Origin: Candidatus Omnitrophota bacterium
GTDB lineage: Bacteria > Omnitrophota > Omnitrophia > Omnitrophales > Aquincolibacteriaceae
DNA length: 64,000 bases
NCBI GenBank assembly: GCA_022705945.1
Contig: JAKJDL010000002.1
Coordinates: 191,150 to 255,149 of the forward strand
Direction: 5' to 3'
The notes under the pieces were generated by a model, which saw only the letters and a program-made list of their open reading frames with translations, did no database searches and was not told the DNA's origin. Position numbers and translations under genes: made by a program. Positions within the stretch are counted from its first letter, which is position 1. Each line of letters opens with the position of its first letter. Below are positions 16,895-25,852 of the stretch, in pieces.

Positions 16895-18367
16895 ATGAAG
16901 CTCTCAAAGAGTCTCATGACGGTACTCGCCCTGGTTCTTGTTGTCGGAACGGGATTGGTCCTTTCCGGCTGCGCGACCTGTTGTGGTGAGTCAGCTCCTG
17001 CAAAACCGGCAATGAAGTGCGCGTTCGGTGTGCAGGGGTGCAATAAAGACGCAAGCGCGGTTTGGATCGAGAAATCGATGCCTGACCAGGTTGTGGTCGG
17101 ACAACCTTTTCAATACACTCTTCAGGTGACAAATCTTCGGGGCTGCGCTCTGGAAGATGTGGTCATAGTTGAGCGTGCATCGGATGGACTGCAGATTCAA
17201 TCCGGTGAAGAGGGTCTGAATATTGGTTTCATGAAACCTAATGAAGTGAGACAGATTGTTTTGACGGCCGTTGCGAGTCAGGGCGGCAGTCCTTCGACCT
17301 GCACGACGGCAGATTACAAGCCGGTGCTGTGCTGCGGGACGGAAGCGATCTCTCCGAGCCTGGCGATAGCGCTTGAGGCTCAGGCTACGGGCACACCGTG
17401 CGATGTTATCCCTGCGAAAGTCACCGTTTCGAACCCCGGAACGGGCATGGCTCGCAATGCCAACATCAGCATGGATCTTCCGAAGGGTCTCACGACGACG
17501 GATGGCCAGTCCAGCGTGATGATCAATGTCGGCGATCTTGCCGGCAATGATGCGAAGGCTTACAACGTCAACTTGAAATCCGCGCAGTCGGGTTCTTACT
17601 CGATTAAGGCGAATGCGGAGGCTTCGGGTCTGACGGCTGCGTCCAACGCGGTAACGATTGACGTGAGAAACTGCGACCTGAACGCCAGCGTGAGCGGTCC
17701 GGCCAAGGTATTCATCACGAAGGATGCAAGCTATAAAGTTTCGGTGCAGAACACCGGTGACGCGGATGCCGCCAGTACGGACGTGACGGCGAGCATTCCC
17801 GCCGGAATGAAGTATGTATCGGCTTCAAACGGCGGTTCGGTGTCCGGCAATTCCGTGGTTTGGAATGTCGGGACGCTCGGGGCGGGGAAGAGCGTATCGA
17901 TGGATATGACTCTTAACGCTGTGAGCGGCGGTTCCGGCATGAGCGTGGCGACGGCGAAAGCCTATTGCTGCCAGGGTGAGGGAAGCTGCCCGACCAACAT
18001 CGAAGGGATCCCGGCGCTTCTGTTGGAAGCGATTGACGTGGCAGACCCGATCCAGGTTGGGGGTACGGAGAAGTATTACATCACCGTGACCAACCAGGGC
18101 TCGGCGCCTGATACGAACATCGTTTTGAGCGTCGGCTTTGAGGAGCAGTTTGATTACCAGTCCTCGAATGGTCCGACGGCCGCGGTGAAAGAAAGCGTCA
18201 AGAGCGTGGAATTTGCACCGCTAGCCTCTCTTGCGGCGGGTCAGAAAGCGACTTGGGAAGTGATTGGCAAGGCCAAGTCGGTTGGTGATCACCGCACCTC
18301 CATCAAGATCACGAGCGATTTTCTCAAGAGATCGGTGGACGAGACAGAATCAACCCACGTTTATTAA
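16895..18367 (+). CDS. cell-surface lipoprotein with DUF11 (conserved repeat domain) repeats
   Basis: Lipobox LVLSGC; repeated V(T/S)VxNxG...blocks typical of DUF11; several Cys pairs. Confidence 0.75.
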   Translation: MKLSKSLMTVLALVLVVGTGLVLSGCATCCGESAPAKPAMKCAFGVQGCNKDASAVWIEKSMPDQVVVGQPFQYTLQVTNLRGCALEDVVIVERASDGLQIQSGEEGLNIGFMKPNEVRQIVLTAVASQGGSPSTCTTADYKPVLCCGTEAISPSLAIALEAQATGTPCDVIPAKVTVSNPGTGMARNANISMDLPKGLTTTDGQSSVMINVGDLAGNDAKAYNVNLKSAQSGSYSIKANAEASGLTAASNAVTIDVRNCDLNASVSGPAKVFITKDASYKVSVQNTGDADAASTDVTASIPAGMKYVSASNGGSVSGNSVVWNVGTLGAGKSVSMDMTLNAVSGGSGMSVATAKAYCCQGEGSCPTNIEGIPALLLEAIDVADPIQVGGTEKYYITVTNQGSAPDTNIVLSVGFEEQFDYQSSNGPTAAVKESVKSVEFAPLASLAAGQKATWEVIGKAKSVGDHRTSIKITSDFLKRSVDETESTHVY

Positions 18368-18388
18368 TCGAGGGTTGTAAGATCATGC

Positions 18389-18425
18389 AAAAGCGCCCCG
18401 TTGTAAAACGGGGCGCTTTTGTTTT
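18389..18425 (+). terminator. rho-independent terminator
   Basis: AAAAGCGCCCCG-ttgtaaaa-CGGGGCGC followed by TTTTGTTTT. Confidence 0.8.
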
Positions 18426-18453
18426 ATGAACTGAATCAAAGGGAGACTGAAAA

Positions 18454-18633
18454 ATGAGAACATTATTGGGTCTGATTATCCTGGCGCTCGACATCATCGC
18501 GATCATTGACTGCGCCAAAAGCTCGAAGACGATGGTAAAGAAAGTACTCTGGATCATCCTCGTGCTGGTCCTCCCGATTGTCGGAATGATCCTTTATTTC
18601 TGGCTCGGACGGGAAAAGAAAGCAGCGGCGTAA
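18454..18633 (+). CDS. PLDc_N-family (phospholipase-D/nuclease N-terminal domain-like) small membrane protein, 59 aa
   Basis: MRTLLGLIILALDIIAIIDCAK...VLWIILVLVLPIVGMILYFWLGREKK matches the PLDc_N small-protein consensus; RBS GGGAGA; below the track's length cutoff. Confidence 0.6.
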   Translation: MRTLLGLIILALDIIAIIDCAKSSKTMVKKVLWIILVLVLPIVGMILYFWLGREKKAAA

Positions 18634-18645
18634 GAATTTAAATAT

Positions 18646-18685
18646 AAAAAATCCCCCGCACCTAACGGTTCGGGGGATTTTTTTG
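18646..18685 (+). terminator. rho-independent terminator
   Basis: AAAAA-ATCCCCCG-loop-CGGGGGAT-TTTTTTT. Confidence 0.8.
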
Positions 18686-18906
18686 CCTTGGCGGCGATAT
18701 TAATAACCTTATCCCGGGGAGTTACGTTGAGCGTGTGCGCGTTTTAAAGCAACGTTTCCTTTATTTTTTTTGATGTTTCCTGTAGAATGCGCGCTCCGAA
18801 CGGTGGTTTTGTGCGCCGTTGAGTCTTTCACCCTTCCGCGATTCCTCGCGGGTGGACAGTCGGTGGTCTGTTGCCGGCTCAATGATATTTTCGGAGTAAT
18901 GTTTTT

Positions 18907-18979
18907 GCTGGCGTAGCTCAGTTGGTAGAGCAGCTGTTTTGTAAACAGCGGGTCGGGGGTTCAAATCCCTCCGCCAGCT
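18907..18979 (+). tRNA. tRNA-Thr (anticodon UGU)
   Basis: Cloverleaf: GCTGGCG acceptor, GCTC/GAGC D-stem, GCTGT/ACAGC anticodon stem with loop TTTGTAA, GGGGG-TTCAAAT-CCCTC T-arm. Confidence 0.9.
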
Positions 18980-19058
18980 TGTTTGTAGGGCCATGCCGGC
19001 TGATTTTTGATATGATTCGTGCGCGCATTATTAGAAACGAGATGTTTCTGTCTGACGC

Positions 19059-19141
19059 GGGGAGTTGCCCGAGCGGCCAAAGGGGACAGACTGTAAATCT
19101 GTTGGCTTATGCCTTCAGTGGTTCGAATCCACTACTCCCCA
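19059..19141 (+). tRNA. tRNA-Tyr (anticodon GUA), long variable arm
   Basis: Near-identical layout to E. coli tRNA-Tyr (CCCGAGCGGCCAAAGGG D-arm, CAGACTGTAAATCTG anticodon arm, 13-nt variable arm, TTCGAAT T-loop). Confidence 0.9.
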
Positions 19142-19524
19142 TTCGCCTTTACCAAGGCTCCGGCGAATGTGTATTCCAAAACAATAGCGTGTCTTCTAAA
19201 GAGCCCTGCAATGCCGTTGCAAAGGCGAATGGGCCTGCCGAAGCTTTTATGAGGCGAAAAGCAGGGGAGGGCCTTATGCACTATGCCTATTTATTACGCG
19301 GTATTTCTTTTCCCCCGCCAAACCTGCGCAGGCGTAACGGCTAATCTCAAGAAACGGGGCTCGCTGAGAATGCAATTCAAGGCGATTCTCTCATACTTCC
19401 AATAACCGTTTTGAGCTCCACGGGCTTGCACGTGGGCATCTACGCATGTTAGTATTTTTACAGAGGAATCCCCAAAACATACAGTGGCTATATTCCGTTA
19501 TAGCGGCGATCAAGGAAGCAAGTA

Positions 19525-21696
19525 ATGAACAAAAAAACGGTTCGAATCCTTGTGATTGAAGATGATCCGAATTATTTTGTTCTGCTTAATGAGTGGCTCG
19601 TGCAGTGTCGTGAGCCTTCTTTTGAAGTTGTCCGGGCAAAACTTCTCCAGTCCGGAATTGACCGGCTCAAAGCCGGCGATATAGACCTGATCCTTTTGGA
19701 TCTCACGCTTCCTGACAGCTCCGGTTTCAATACGATATCTTCTGTTCGAAAGGCGGCCCCCCAGGTTCCTGTGATCATTCTTACCGGTGTCGACGATTCA
19801 GCGCTTGCTTCCAAAGCGATTGCGGGCGGTGCCCAGGATTATCTTGTGAAAGGCAGTTTTGACCGGGAGCTTCTTAATAGAAGCATTCTTTACGCTCTCA
19901 ACCGGTTTGAATCCCAGGCGGAGCTTCAGAAGTACTACGCGGAAAACCAGCAATCCCAGCGGTCCCTGGCTGACAAGGAAGAGAGGTTTCGGAGCCTTGT
20001 TTCGAATATCCCTGGCGCGGTTTATCGCTACAGCATTAACTCAAGCGGAGTCTGGGAGATCGAATACATCAGTTCCGCGGTCGGGGATATTGCCGGGGTG
20101 AGCGACAAGATCCTGACCGGTCAGGGAATTCAAAAGTATTTTGACATGATCCTGCCCCAAGACCGTGAAATGGTACGGGATACCTTCAACAAGACCATCC
20201 AGTCCGCCTCGGCCTTCAGCATTGATTACCGGATTCATTACCGAAGCGGGGATTTCCGGTGGATTCATGACCAGGGCCGCGGTGTCCTCGGAGCCGAGGG
20301 CAAGGTAACCCATGTGGACGGGGTTATGTTCGATGTGACGGAACGGACCAGGGAAAAGGAGCAGTTTCACCAGCTTGTTTATTATGATTCGCTGACCAGT
20401 CTGCCTAATCGGGAGCTTTTCATGGACCGCCTCGACCAGGCTGTCAAGGAAGCCCGCCGAAAAAAAGATATCGGCGCCATGCTGATCCTGGACCTGGACC
20501 ATTTCAAGCGCATCAACGATACGCTGGGACACAGCGTTGGGGATCAGCTTATCAAGGCGGTTGCGGTAAGGCTTCAGAAAACCATGTATGAATCCGATAC
20601 GATCTCCCGGATTGGCGGAGGGAGCTTTATGTTCCTTTTGCCGAGGATTGCGAAGAGCGAACATGTCGAAAATGTGGCCAACAAGCTTTTAATGGCGTTT
20701 AAATCCCCGTTTCGCACTCAGGAGCACGAGCTTTTTACAAGCTGCAGCATCGGGATCGCGCTTTTCCCCCAGGACGGGGAGGACGCCCAGTCGCTTATGA
20801 AGAACGCGGATGCCGCCATGCATTTAGCCAAGGACCGGGGTAAAGACCGGTATCAACTTTACTCCTCCTCGATCGCAAACAACAGTTTTGAGCGGCTTGT
20901 TCTTGAGAACAGCCTCCGTCGGGCACTTGAAAAAGACGAGTTCAGGCTTTACTATCAACCGCAGCTTGATCTCCGGACCGGGAAGGTCAGCGGAGTGGAG
21001 TCTCTTATCCGGTGGCAGCACCCGGATCTCGGATCGATTCCGCCGCTCGAGTTTATTCCAATCGCGGAAGAAACAGGGTTGATCCACCCGATAGGGGAAT
21101 GGGTCCTTCGGACGGCCTGCGAACAAAAACGCATCTGGCAGAAACAGGGATTCCGCTCTCTGAGCGTTTCAGTGAATCTTTCGGCGAAGCAATTCCACTA
21201 TGTCAACATGGTTGACATGGTCATGAGCGTTCTCCAGCAGACCCAGATTGATCCGAAGTCGCTTGATCTTGAAATTACAGAAAGTACGATCATGGAGCAT
21301 CTTGAGGAAACCACCGAAACTCTGCGCCGCCTCAAGGAAATGGGATGCCATATCACGATTGATGATTTCGGGACAGGGTATTCCTCCCTGACGTATCTGA
21401 AGACCTTCCCGATCGACATGCTCAAGATTGACCGATCCTTTGTCAAGGACATCGTTACAAACCCGGACGATCGGGCGATCACCCAGGCTATTATTTCCAT
21501 GGCGCATAGCCTGAAGCTGGAAGTGGTCGCCGAAGGGGTTGAAGAGGAACCTCAGCTTGAGATCCTCAAATCCCAGGGCTGCGATATCCTCCAGGGTTAT
21601 CTTTTTAGCAAACCCCTGCCGGCCGCTGATGTGACCAAGATCCTTGAGGAAACGGCGGAGAGGGTCCCGACAGACCAATTTCATTCCAAAGACTGA
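19525..21696 (+). CDS. response-regulator receiver + PAS + degenerate GGDEF + EAL protein (likely c-di-GMP phosphodiesterase)
   Basis: REC (RILVIEDDP...[11 protein letters not shown]), PAS, GGDEF site degenerate (RIGGGSF), EAL domain with [23 protein letters not shown] and EGVE motifs. Confidence 0.9.
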   Translation: MNKKTVRILVIEDDPNYFVLLNEWLVQCREPSFEVVRAKLLQSGIDRLKAGDIDLILLDLTLPDSSGFNTISSVRKAAPQVPVIILTGVDDSALASKAIAGGAQDYLVKGSFDRELLNRSILYALNRFESQAELQKYYAENQQSQRSLADKEERFRSLVSNIPGAVYRYSINSSGVWEIEYISSAVGDIAGVSDKILTGQGIQKYFDMILPQDREMVRDTFNKTIQSASAFSIDYRIHYRSGDFRWIHDQGRGVLGAEGKVTHVDGVMFDVTERTREKEQFHQLVYYDSLTSLPNRELFMDRLDQAVKEARRKKDIGAMLILDLDHFKRINDTLGHSVGDQLIKAVAVRLQKTMYESDTISRIGGGSFMFLLPRIAKSEHVENVANKLLMAFKSPFRTQEHELFTSCSIGIALFPQDGEDAQSLMKNADAAMHLAKDRGKDRYQLYSSSIANNSFERLVLENSLRRALEKDEFRLYYQPQLDLRTGKVSGVESLIRWQHPDLGSIPPLEFIPIAEETGLIHPIGEWVLRTACEQKRIWQKQGFRSLSVSVNLSAKQFHYVNMVDMVMSVLQQTQIDPKSLDLEITESTIMEHLEETTETLRRLKEMGCHITIDDFGTGYSSLTYLKTFPIDMLKIDRSFVKDIVTNPDDRAITQAIISMAHSLKLEVVAEGVEEEPQLEILKSQGCDILQGYLFSKPLPAADVTKILEETAERVPTDQFHSKD

Positions 21697-22193
21697 CCCC
21701 CAGCAGCCGGGCATAAGATTTCGCGATAGAAAAATTCTCGCCTTTTTCATGCGGACCCGGCAGTTTTTATCTTCCCCGACATGATTCAAGTTCCCGTGCC
21801 TTTCCATCGGTAGAAGGCGTAGAACAAAGCCGGAAGCCGATGCCGGTTTTTCACTTTCCGGAGGCCCCCGGTGAGGGAGGATAAAAGCTCCGGCGGTTCC
21901 AAAGCACAACTTTTTCCTTTTTCTGCGGGCCGGATTGATCCTGCTTTTGGTCCTGATCCTTGTCGGGGCCGCTTTTTCCCGGGTTTCCCTTAGGGCCTCC
22001 CCGAAGTGCTGAGACCGGATTTCCGATCCGTGAAATTTTCTCCCGAAATAAGCGTACCGGTTTTTTGTGACGAGAAACAGCTTGAGCGGAATCTCGACGA
22101 GATGCCTTTTTTCTTGTCGCACGGTTTCGACTTCATCACAAGCATGATGTCATCTTGGTATCCCATCGGGCTGTTTTTGCGGTGGGCGGGAGA

Positions 22194-22222
22194 CTGACAC
22201 AGCGCTTTGCTTGGTGTATAAT
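22194..22222 (+). promoter_or_regulatory. sigma-70-type promoter (CTGACA-N17-TATAAT) for a leaderless mRNA
   Basis: -35 CTGACA at 22194, 17-nt spacer, TATAAT at 22217; the ATG at 22229 is 6 nt downstream with no SD. Confidence 0.55.
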
Positions 22223-22228
22223 CCCCCC

Positions 22229-23506
22229 ATGCCTAATTACAAATTCACCTGTACTCATTGCGGTAAATCCTTTGAACAAGATCTTCCCGAGGTAAAGGAG
22301 TGTCCTTTCTGTTTTTGGACATCCTCGGTTAAGCGGGATGATGAGCTGGATGCGGAAAATAAAGCTGCGGCCGGTGCCCGCGAAAAAAAAAGAGATACCG
22401 GTATACGTGTGTTATTTCCGGCGGTTTCCGGGTTTTTTCGCTGGGTTCTTCTGATCGGGATTTTTGCGGGAGCCGTTTTTCTTGGAGTCCGGTTGTATCC
22501 CGGGTGGCGCGCCGACGAGGCCCCGGTCTCGATTCGGGGGGATCAAAAGGCTATTCCGGGAGAAACCGGTAAAAAGGCCAAAACGCAGGTTCCGGTAACT
22601 CCGGAGGAGCTTAGCGAGGCCGACGGGAAGGTTCTTTTGCGCGAATTATCTTCGTCCCCGGAACCGAGCGAAGCGGAAATGATTGTGCTTGCCCGGAATG
22701 TGCAATTCAGTACCGGTTGGAGCGAGCGGCTTCCTTCTCCAGCCTGGACTCTTTCCCAATATGAGCAGCTGATCGCGGATCAGGAGCGCTTTTATAAGAT
22801 TACGCTCCCGAGGAGCTATAAAAAAAATTTAAGGTCCCTTTTTGAAGAAAAATATCTGGCGGGGGCTGAAGCGTTTGGGAAAGGGGACCTTTTGCCGGCG
22901 AGGGATCTTTGGATCGAGTCGCTCGTTTTTCCTCTTTACTCGACCAATATCCAAAAACACAGGGGGGTGGTGCTGACCATGCTCCGGTCCTTCATTAACG
23001 ACACGCTTTCGAAGATTGCGGCCCTGAATTACAGCCTTGCCGAGCGGGAGGGGCGGGTAAGAGAAAGGTCGGCCGCGGAAGCTTACGGGGCCCTGTTAAG
23101 GTTGATACAAGAAAAACAGTGGAGCGAGGCTTTGAAGCGGATCGATCAGAAAAAACCGGCGCCCCCGCCTTACCCTTTGTCGATTACGAAAGTGGATCAG
23201 GATATTCAGCGCACGCTTGCAGGCTTGATGGAACCGGCTCCCGTGAGCACGGCTGATTTCCTCGCGATGCGGGACGATCTTGCGCGGAAAAAAGATATTC
23301 TCGAGGACCTTTCGGAAGAAAACTATCGCAAGAGCCTGACCCTTCATCGGGAGGGGATCGTGAAGATCCGCGAAGGAGATTATCCCGGAGCGATTAAAGT
23401 GTTATCCGGTATCCGGGGGCCTGAGGTCTTAAGGTCGGATGCGCAGGCGAAGCTGGCGCTTCTTCAAAAAATGACAGGGGCCGATGCGCCGGGAGAAGCG
23501 CGCTAA
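22229..23506 (+). CDS. hypothetical membrane protein with N-terminal zinc ribbon (CxxC...CxxC), one TM helix and a C-terminal helical/TPR-like domain
   Basis: CTHCGKSF...CPFC; TM segment VLLIGIFAGAVFLGVRLY; the track TTG start at 22211 lies inside the promoter. Confidence 0.6.
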   Translation: MPNYKFTCTHCGKSFEQDLPEVKECPFCFWTSSVKRDDELDAENKAAAGAREKKRDTGIRVLFPAVSGFFRWVLLIGIFAGAVFLGVRLYPGWRADEAPVSIRGDQKAIPGETGKKAKTQVPVTPEELSEADGKVLLRELSSSPEPSEAEMIVLARNVQFSTGWSERLPSPAWTLSQYEQLIADQERFYKITLPRSYKKNLRSLFEEKYLAGAEAFGKGDLLPARDLWIESLVFPLYSTNIQKHRGVVLTMLRSFINDTLSKIAALNYSLAEREGRVRERSAAEAYGALLRLIQEKQWSEALKRIDQKKPAPPPYPLSITKVDQDIQRTLAGLMEPAPVSTADFLAMRDDLARKKDILEDLSEENYRKSLTLHREGIVKIREGDYPGAIKVLSGIRGPEVLRSDAQAKLALLQKMTGADAPGEAR

Positions 23507-23910
23507 TGACGGTTATGGACCCGCTTGATCACGGGGTTGTGAATACAGGCAGCTTTGTTTACGGGCTCGTTCGTGATATGCCGGTGGCCGGGCAGCTTGT
23601 GAAGTGCGCCGGGCGTTTCGGCCTCAAGGCCAGGATTTTTGACCGCGCCGAAACTCTTTTGCGGGAGGTCGGGGAGGCGAAACCTTTTTTGATCATTCTT
23701 GATTTTGATCATCTTGAAAATGAAGCGTATAAAGTCCTCAAAGAGGCCCGGCAAAATGCCGATTCTAAGGATGTGCCGCTCGTCGGATTTGTGAGCCAGC
23801 CGCGGGCGGCTGTCAAACAAGAAGCCCAACAATCCGGTTGCGATCGTGTCTACATGAAGACCGAATTTAACAGGGAGCTTCCGGATATCGTGACGAGGTA
23901 TGCGAAATGA
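23506..23910 (+). CDS. hypothetical protein, receiver (REC)-like fold lacking the N-terminal acidic pair
   Basis: Alternating beta/alpha pattern with FLIILDFD (phospho-Asp position), VGFVSQ (T/S) and YMK (Lys); start overlaps the upstream stop (TAATGA). Confidence 0.45.
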   Translation: MTVMDPLDHGVVNTGSFVYGLVRDMPVAGQLVKCAGRFGLKARIFDRAETLLREVGEAKPFLIILDFDHLENEAYKVLKEARQNADSKDVPLVGFVSQPRAAVKQEAQQSGCDRVYMKTEFNRELPDIVTRYAK

Positions 23911-24212
23911 TCCTGCATCTGGGGTATGAGCTTCCGGTGGAATCGCCGAAAACGATGGCTGAAGACCAGGAGCGGTTTACGCCCGAAGAAGTCAGGATCG
24001 TAAAGCGGCAAATCCGACGGAATCTGGAGATGATCGACGCTTATATCAAAAAGGTCGATCTGTTTGTCAATCAGGAGCGGTACCCGCACCGGGAAGAATT
24101 TATTGAGAAACTTCGCAAGCGCCTTTTCCTTTTGATGGAAGAGAACGATACTTTCAGAAAAGTACTCTGGAAACATTTTCAACAGGAAACTGTGGGGGTG
24201 GTGAGAACATGA
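23907..24212 (+). CDS. hypothetical protein (101 aa)
   Basis: ATGA overlaps at both ends couple it between the REC-like gene and glgC; codon usage typical for the window. Confidence 0.45.
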   Translation: MILHLGYELPVESPKTMAEDQERFTPEEVRIVKRQIRRNLEMIDAYIKKVDLFVNQERYPHREEFIEKLRKRLFLLMEENDTFRKVLWKHFQQETVGVVRT

Positions 24213-25471
24213 CCGGCCAAGTAACAACTTTGATCCTGGGAGGCGGGCAGGGGAAAAGGCTTTTTCCGCTTACGAGTTACCGTTCCAAACCCGCGGTTCC
24301 GATCGGGGGGAAATACCGCCTTGTCGATATTCCGATCTCGAACGCGATCAACTCGGGTCTCAAGCTGATCTACGTTTTGACCCAGTTTAATTCCGCGTCG
24401 CTTCACCGTCATATCCACCGCACTTATCCCTATGAGGCGTTTACGAAAACGAGCGTTGAACTGCTAGCCGCCGAGCAGACGACGGATAATACCGACTGGT
24501 TCCAGGGCACGGCGGATGCTGTCCGGAAATGCCTGCCGCATTACCGGATCGACGTTGTTGAATCGTTCCTGATTCTTTCCGGAGATCATCTTTACCGGAT
24601 GAATTACCGCGAGATTCTGGGTTTTCATAAAATGCAAAAGGCCGATGTCACGGTCGCAACCGTTCCCGTTCCGGAGAGGATGATCAAGGGATTCGGGATT
24701 ATGAAGGTCACCAGGGACGGGAAGATTACGGAATTCCTTGAAAAGCCGGGCAAAAACGATGATCCGTCTTCCTATGTCATGCCCAAGAGTCTTTGCGATC
24801 TCTACCGCGTGAAATCCAAGAGTCCCATGTATCTGGCGTCGATGGGAATCTATGTCTTCAGGCGGGATGTGCTGCTCGACATCCTGAAGGGCAACGAAAA
24901 GGATTTCGGCAGGGAAATCATTCCGAAGGCGATCAAACAGTATAAGGTTTACAGTCATGTCTATACGGGATACTGGCGCGATATCGGGACGATCGGAAGT
25001 TTTTACGAATCCAGCATCGAGATGACGCATCCGAATCCTCCGTTCAGCTTTTTGATGCAGGAAGGCCGTATTTTCACCCGTCCCAGGTTCCTGCCGCCCT
25101 CCAAGATCATCGACACCGAGCTGGACCATGTGCTGATGTCCGAGGGCTGTATTCTGACGGGAGCCAAAATCAAGAGCTCGGTGATCGGGCTCCGCTCGGT
25201 GGTCGGGCAGGGAACCGTGATCAACAAGAGTGTTTTGATGGGAAATGATTACCATGAGTGGCCCAGGTCCAGCGAAGAAAGAAAGATCGGGATCGGCAAG
25301 AACTGCGTGATCGAAAAATGTATCCTCGATAAGAATGTTTACATCGGCGATAACGTTCGTATCACCAACAGTCGCGGAATTGAGGAGAAGGACGGTGAGA
25401 ACTACTATATTCGCGACGGGGTCGTGATTATTCCTAAAGAAGCCCGCATCGCGGCCGGGACCAAGATCTGA
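24209..25471 (+). CDS. glgC: glucose-1-phosphate adenylyltransferase
   Basis: ILGGGQGKRLFPLTSYRSKPAVPIGGKYRLVDIPISNAINSG and a left-handed beta-helix C-terminus. Confidence 0.9.
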   Translation: MTGQVTTLILGGGQGKRLFPLTSYRSKPAVPIGGKYRLVDIPISNAINSGLKLIYVLTQFNSASLHRHIHRTYPYEAFTKTSVELLAAEQTTDNTDWFQGTADAVRKCLPHYRIDVVESFLILSGDHLYRMNYREILGFHKMQKADVTVATVPVPERMIKGFGIMKVTRDGKITEFLEKPGKNDDPSSYVMPKSLCDLYRVKSKSPMYLASMGIYVFRRDVLLDILKGNEKDFGREIIPKAIKQYKVYSHVYTGYWRDIGTIGSFYESSIEMTHPNPPFSFLMQEGRIFTRPRFLPPSKIIDTELDHVLMSEGCILTGAKIKSSVIGLRSVVGQGTVINKSVLMGNDYHEWPRSSEERKIGIGKNCVIEKCILDKNVYIGDNVRITNSRGIEEKDGENYYIRDGVVIIPKEARIAAGTKI

Positions 25472-25477
25472 AGAGCA

Positions 25478-25783
25478 ATGAAGGCCATCCTTTCTTTCAG
25501 GATAGCGTGCGGTTCGAGTGTGTTCCTGCTGGTGCTTTTTCTGACGCTCCCGGCGGCGAGGGCTTATGAAAATTCTGCTTTACGGGATGAGGCTTACGAT
25601 GATGCGGTCCGACGTGTCAGCCAGCAGGATGCCGTGGCGGGTGCCCAGGCGACCCTTGCGTCGCTTTTTGGCACGAATGCCGTGATTTCCCTGCCGCCCT
25701 CATTTTCGCGAAGTCCCATCGCGCTCCCTTCGTTTGATTCAAAAAATCTCGAGATCGATCAGGAAGCTGTAAACGACTCCTGA
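25478..25783 (+). CDS. hypothetical small secreted protein
   Basis: Signal-peptide-like N-terminus (SSVFLLVLFLTLPAARA); 6 nt downstream of glgC. Confidence 0.35.
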   Translation: MKAILSFRIACGSSVFLLVLFLTLPAARAYENSALRDEAYDDAVRRVSQQDAVAGAQATLASLFGTNAVISLPPSFSRSPIALPSFDSKNLEIDQEAVNDS

Positions 25784-25852
25784 ATACAGACTGCGGACGG
25801 TAAAACCTCCTAGGGGTATGACTGGTGCGCTGCAGGCAGTGTTCCGGGTTTT

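Noticed and set aside
18922-19344. 140-aa + strand ORF (and the 77-aa minus-strand ORF 18761-18994) covering the tRNA-Thr/tRNA-Tyr region
   Set aside because: They translate through two well-formed tRNA genes; the sequence is low-complexity and has no RBS. Artefact of ORF calling over RNA genes.
21169-22122. 317-aa minus-strand ORF overlapping the 3' end of the GGDEF-EAL gene and the non-coding gap
   Set aside because: No RBS, antisense to the conserved EAL domain, composition not protein-like.
22211-22228. TTG start given by the track for the zinc-ribbon protein
   Set aside because: It lies inside the -10 box of a well-formed promoter. The ATG at 22229 at the predicted TSS is more plausible (leaderless).
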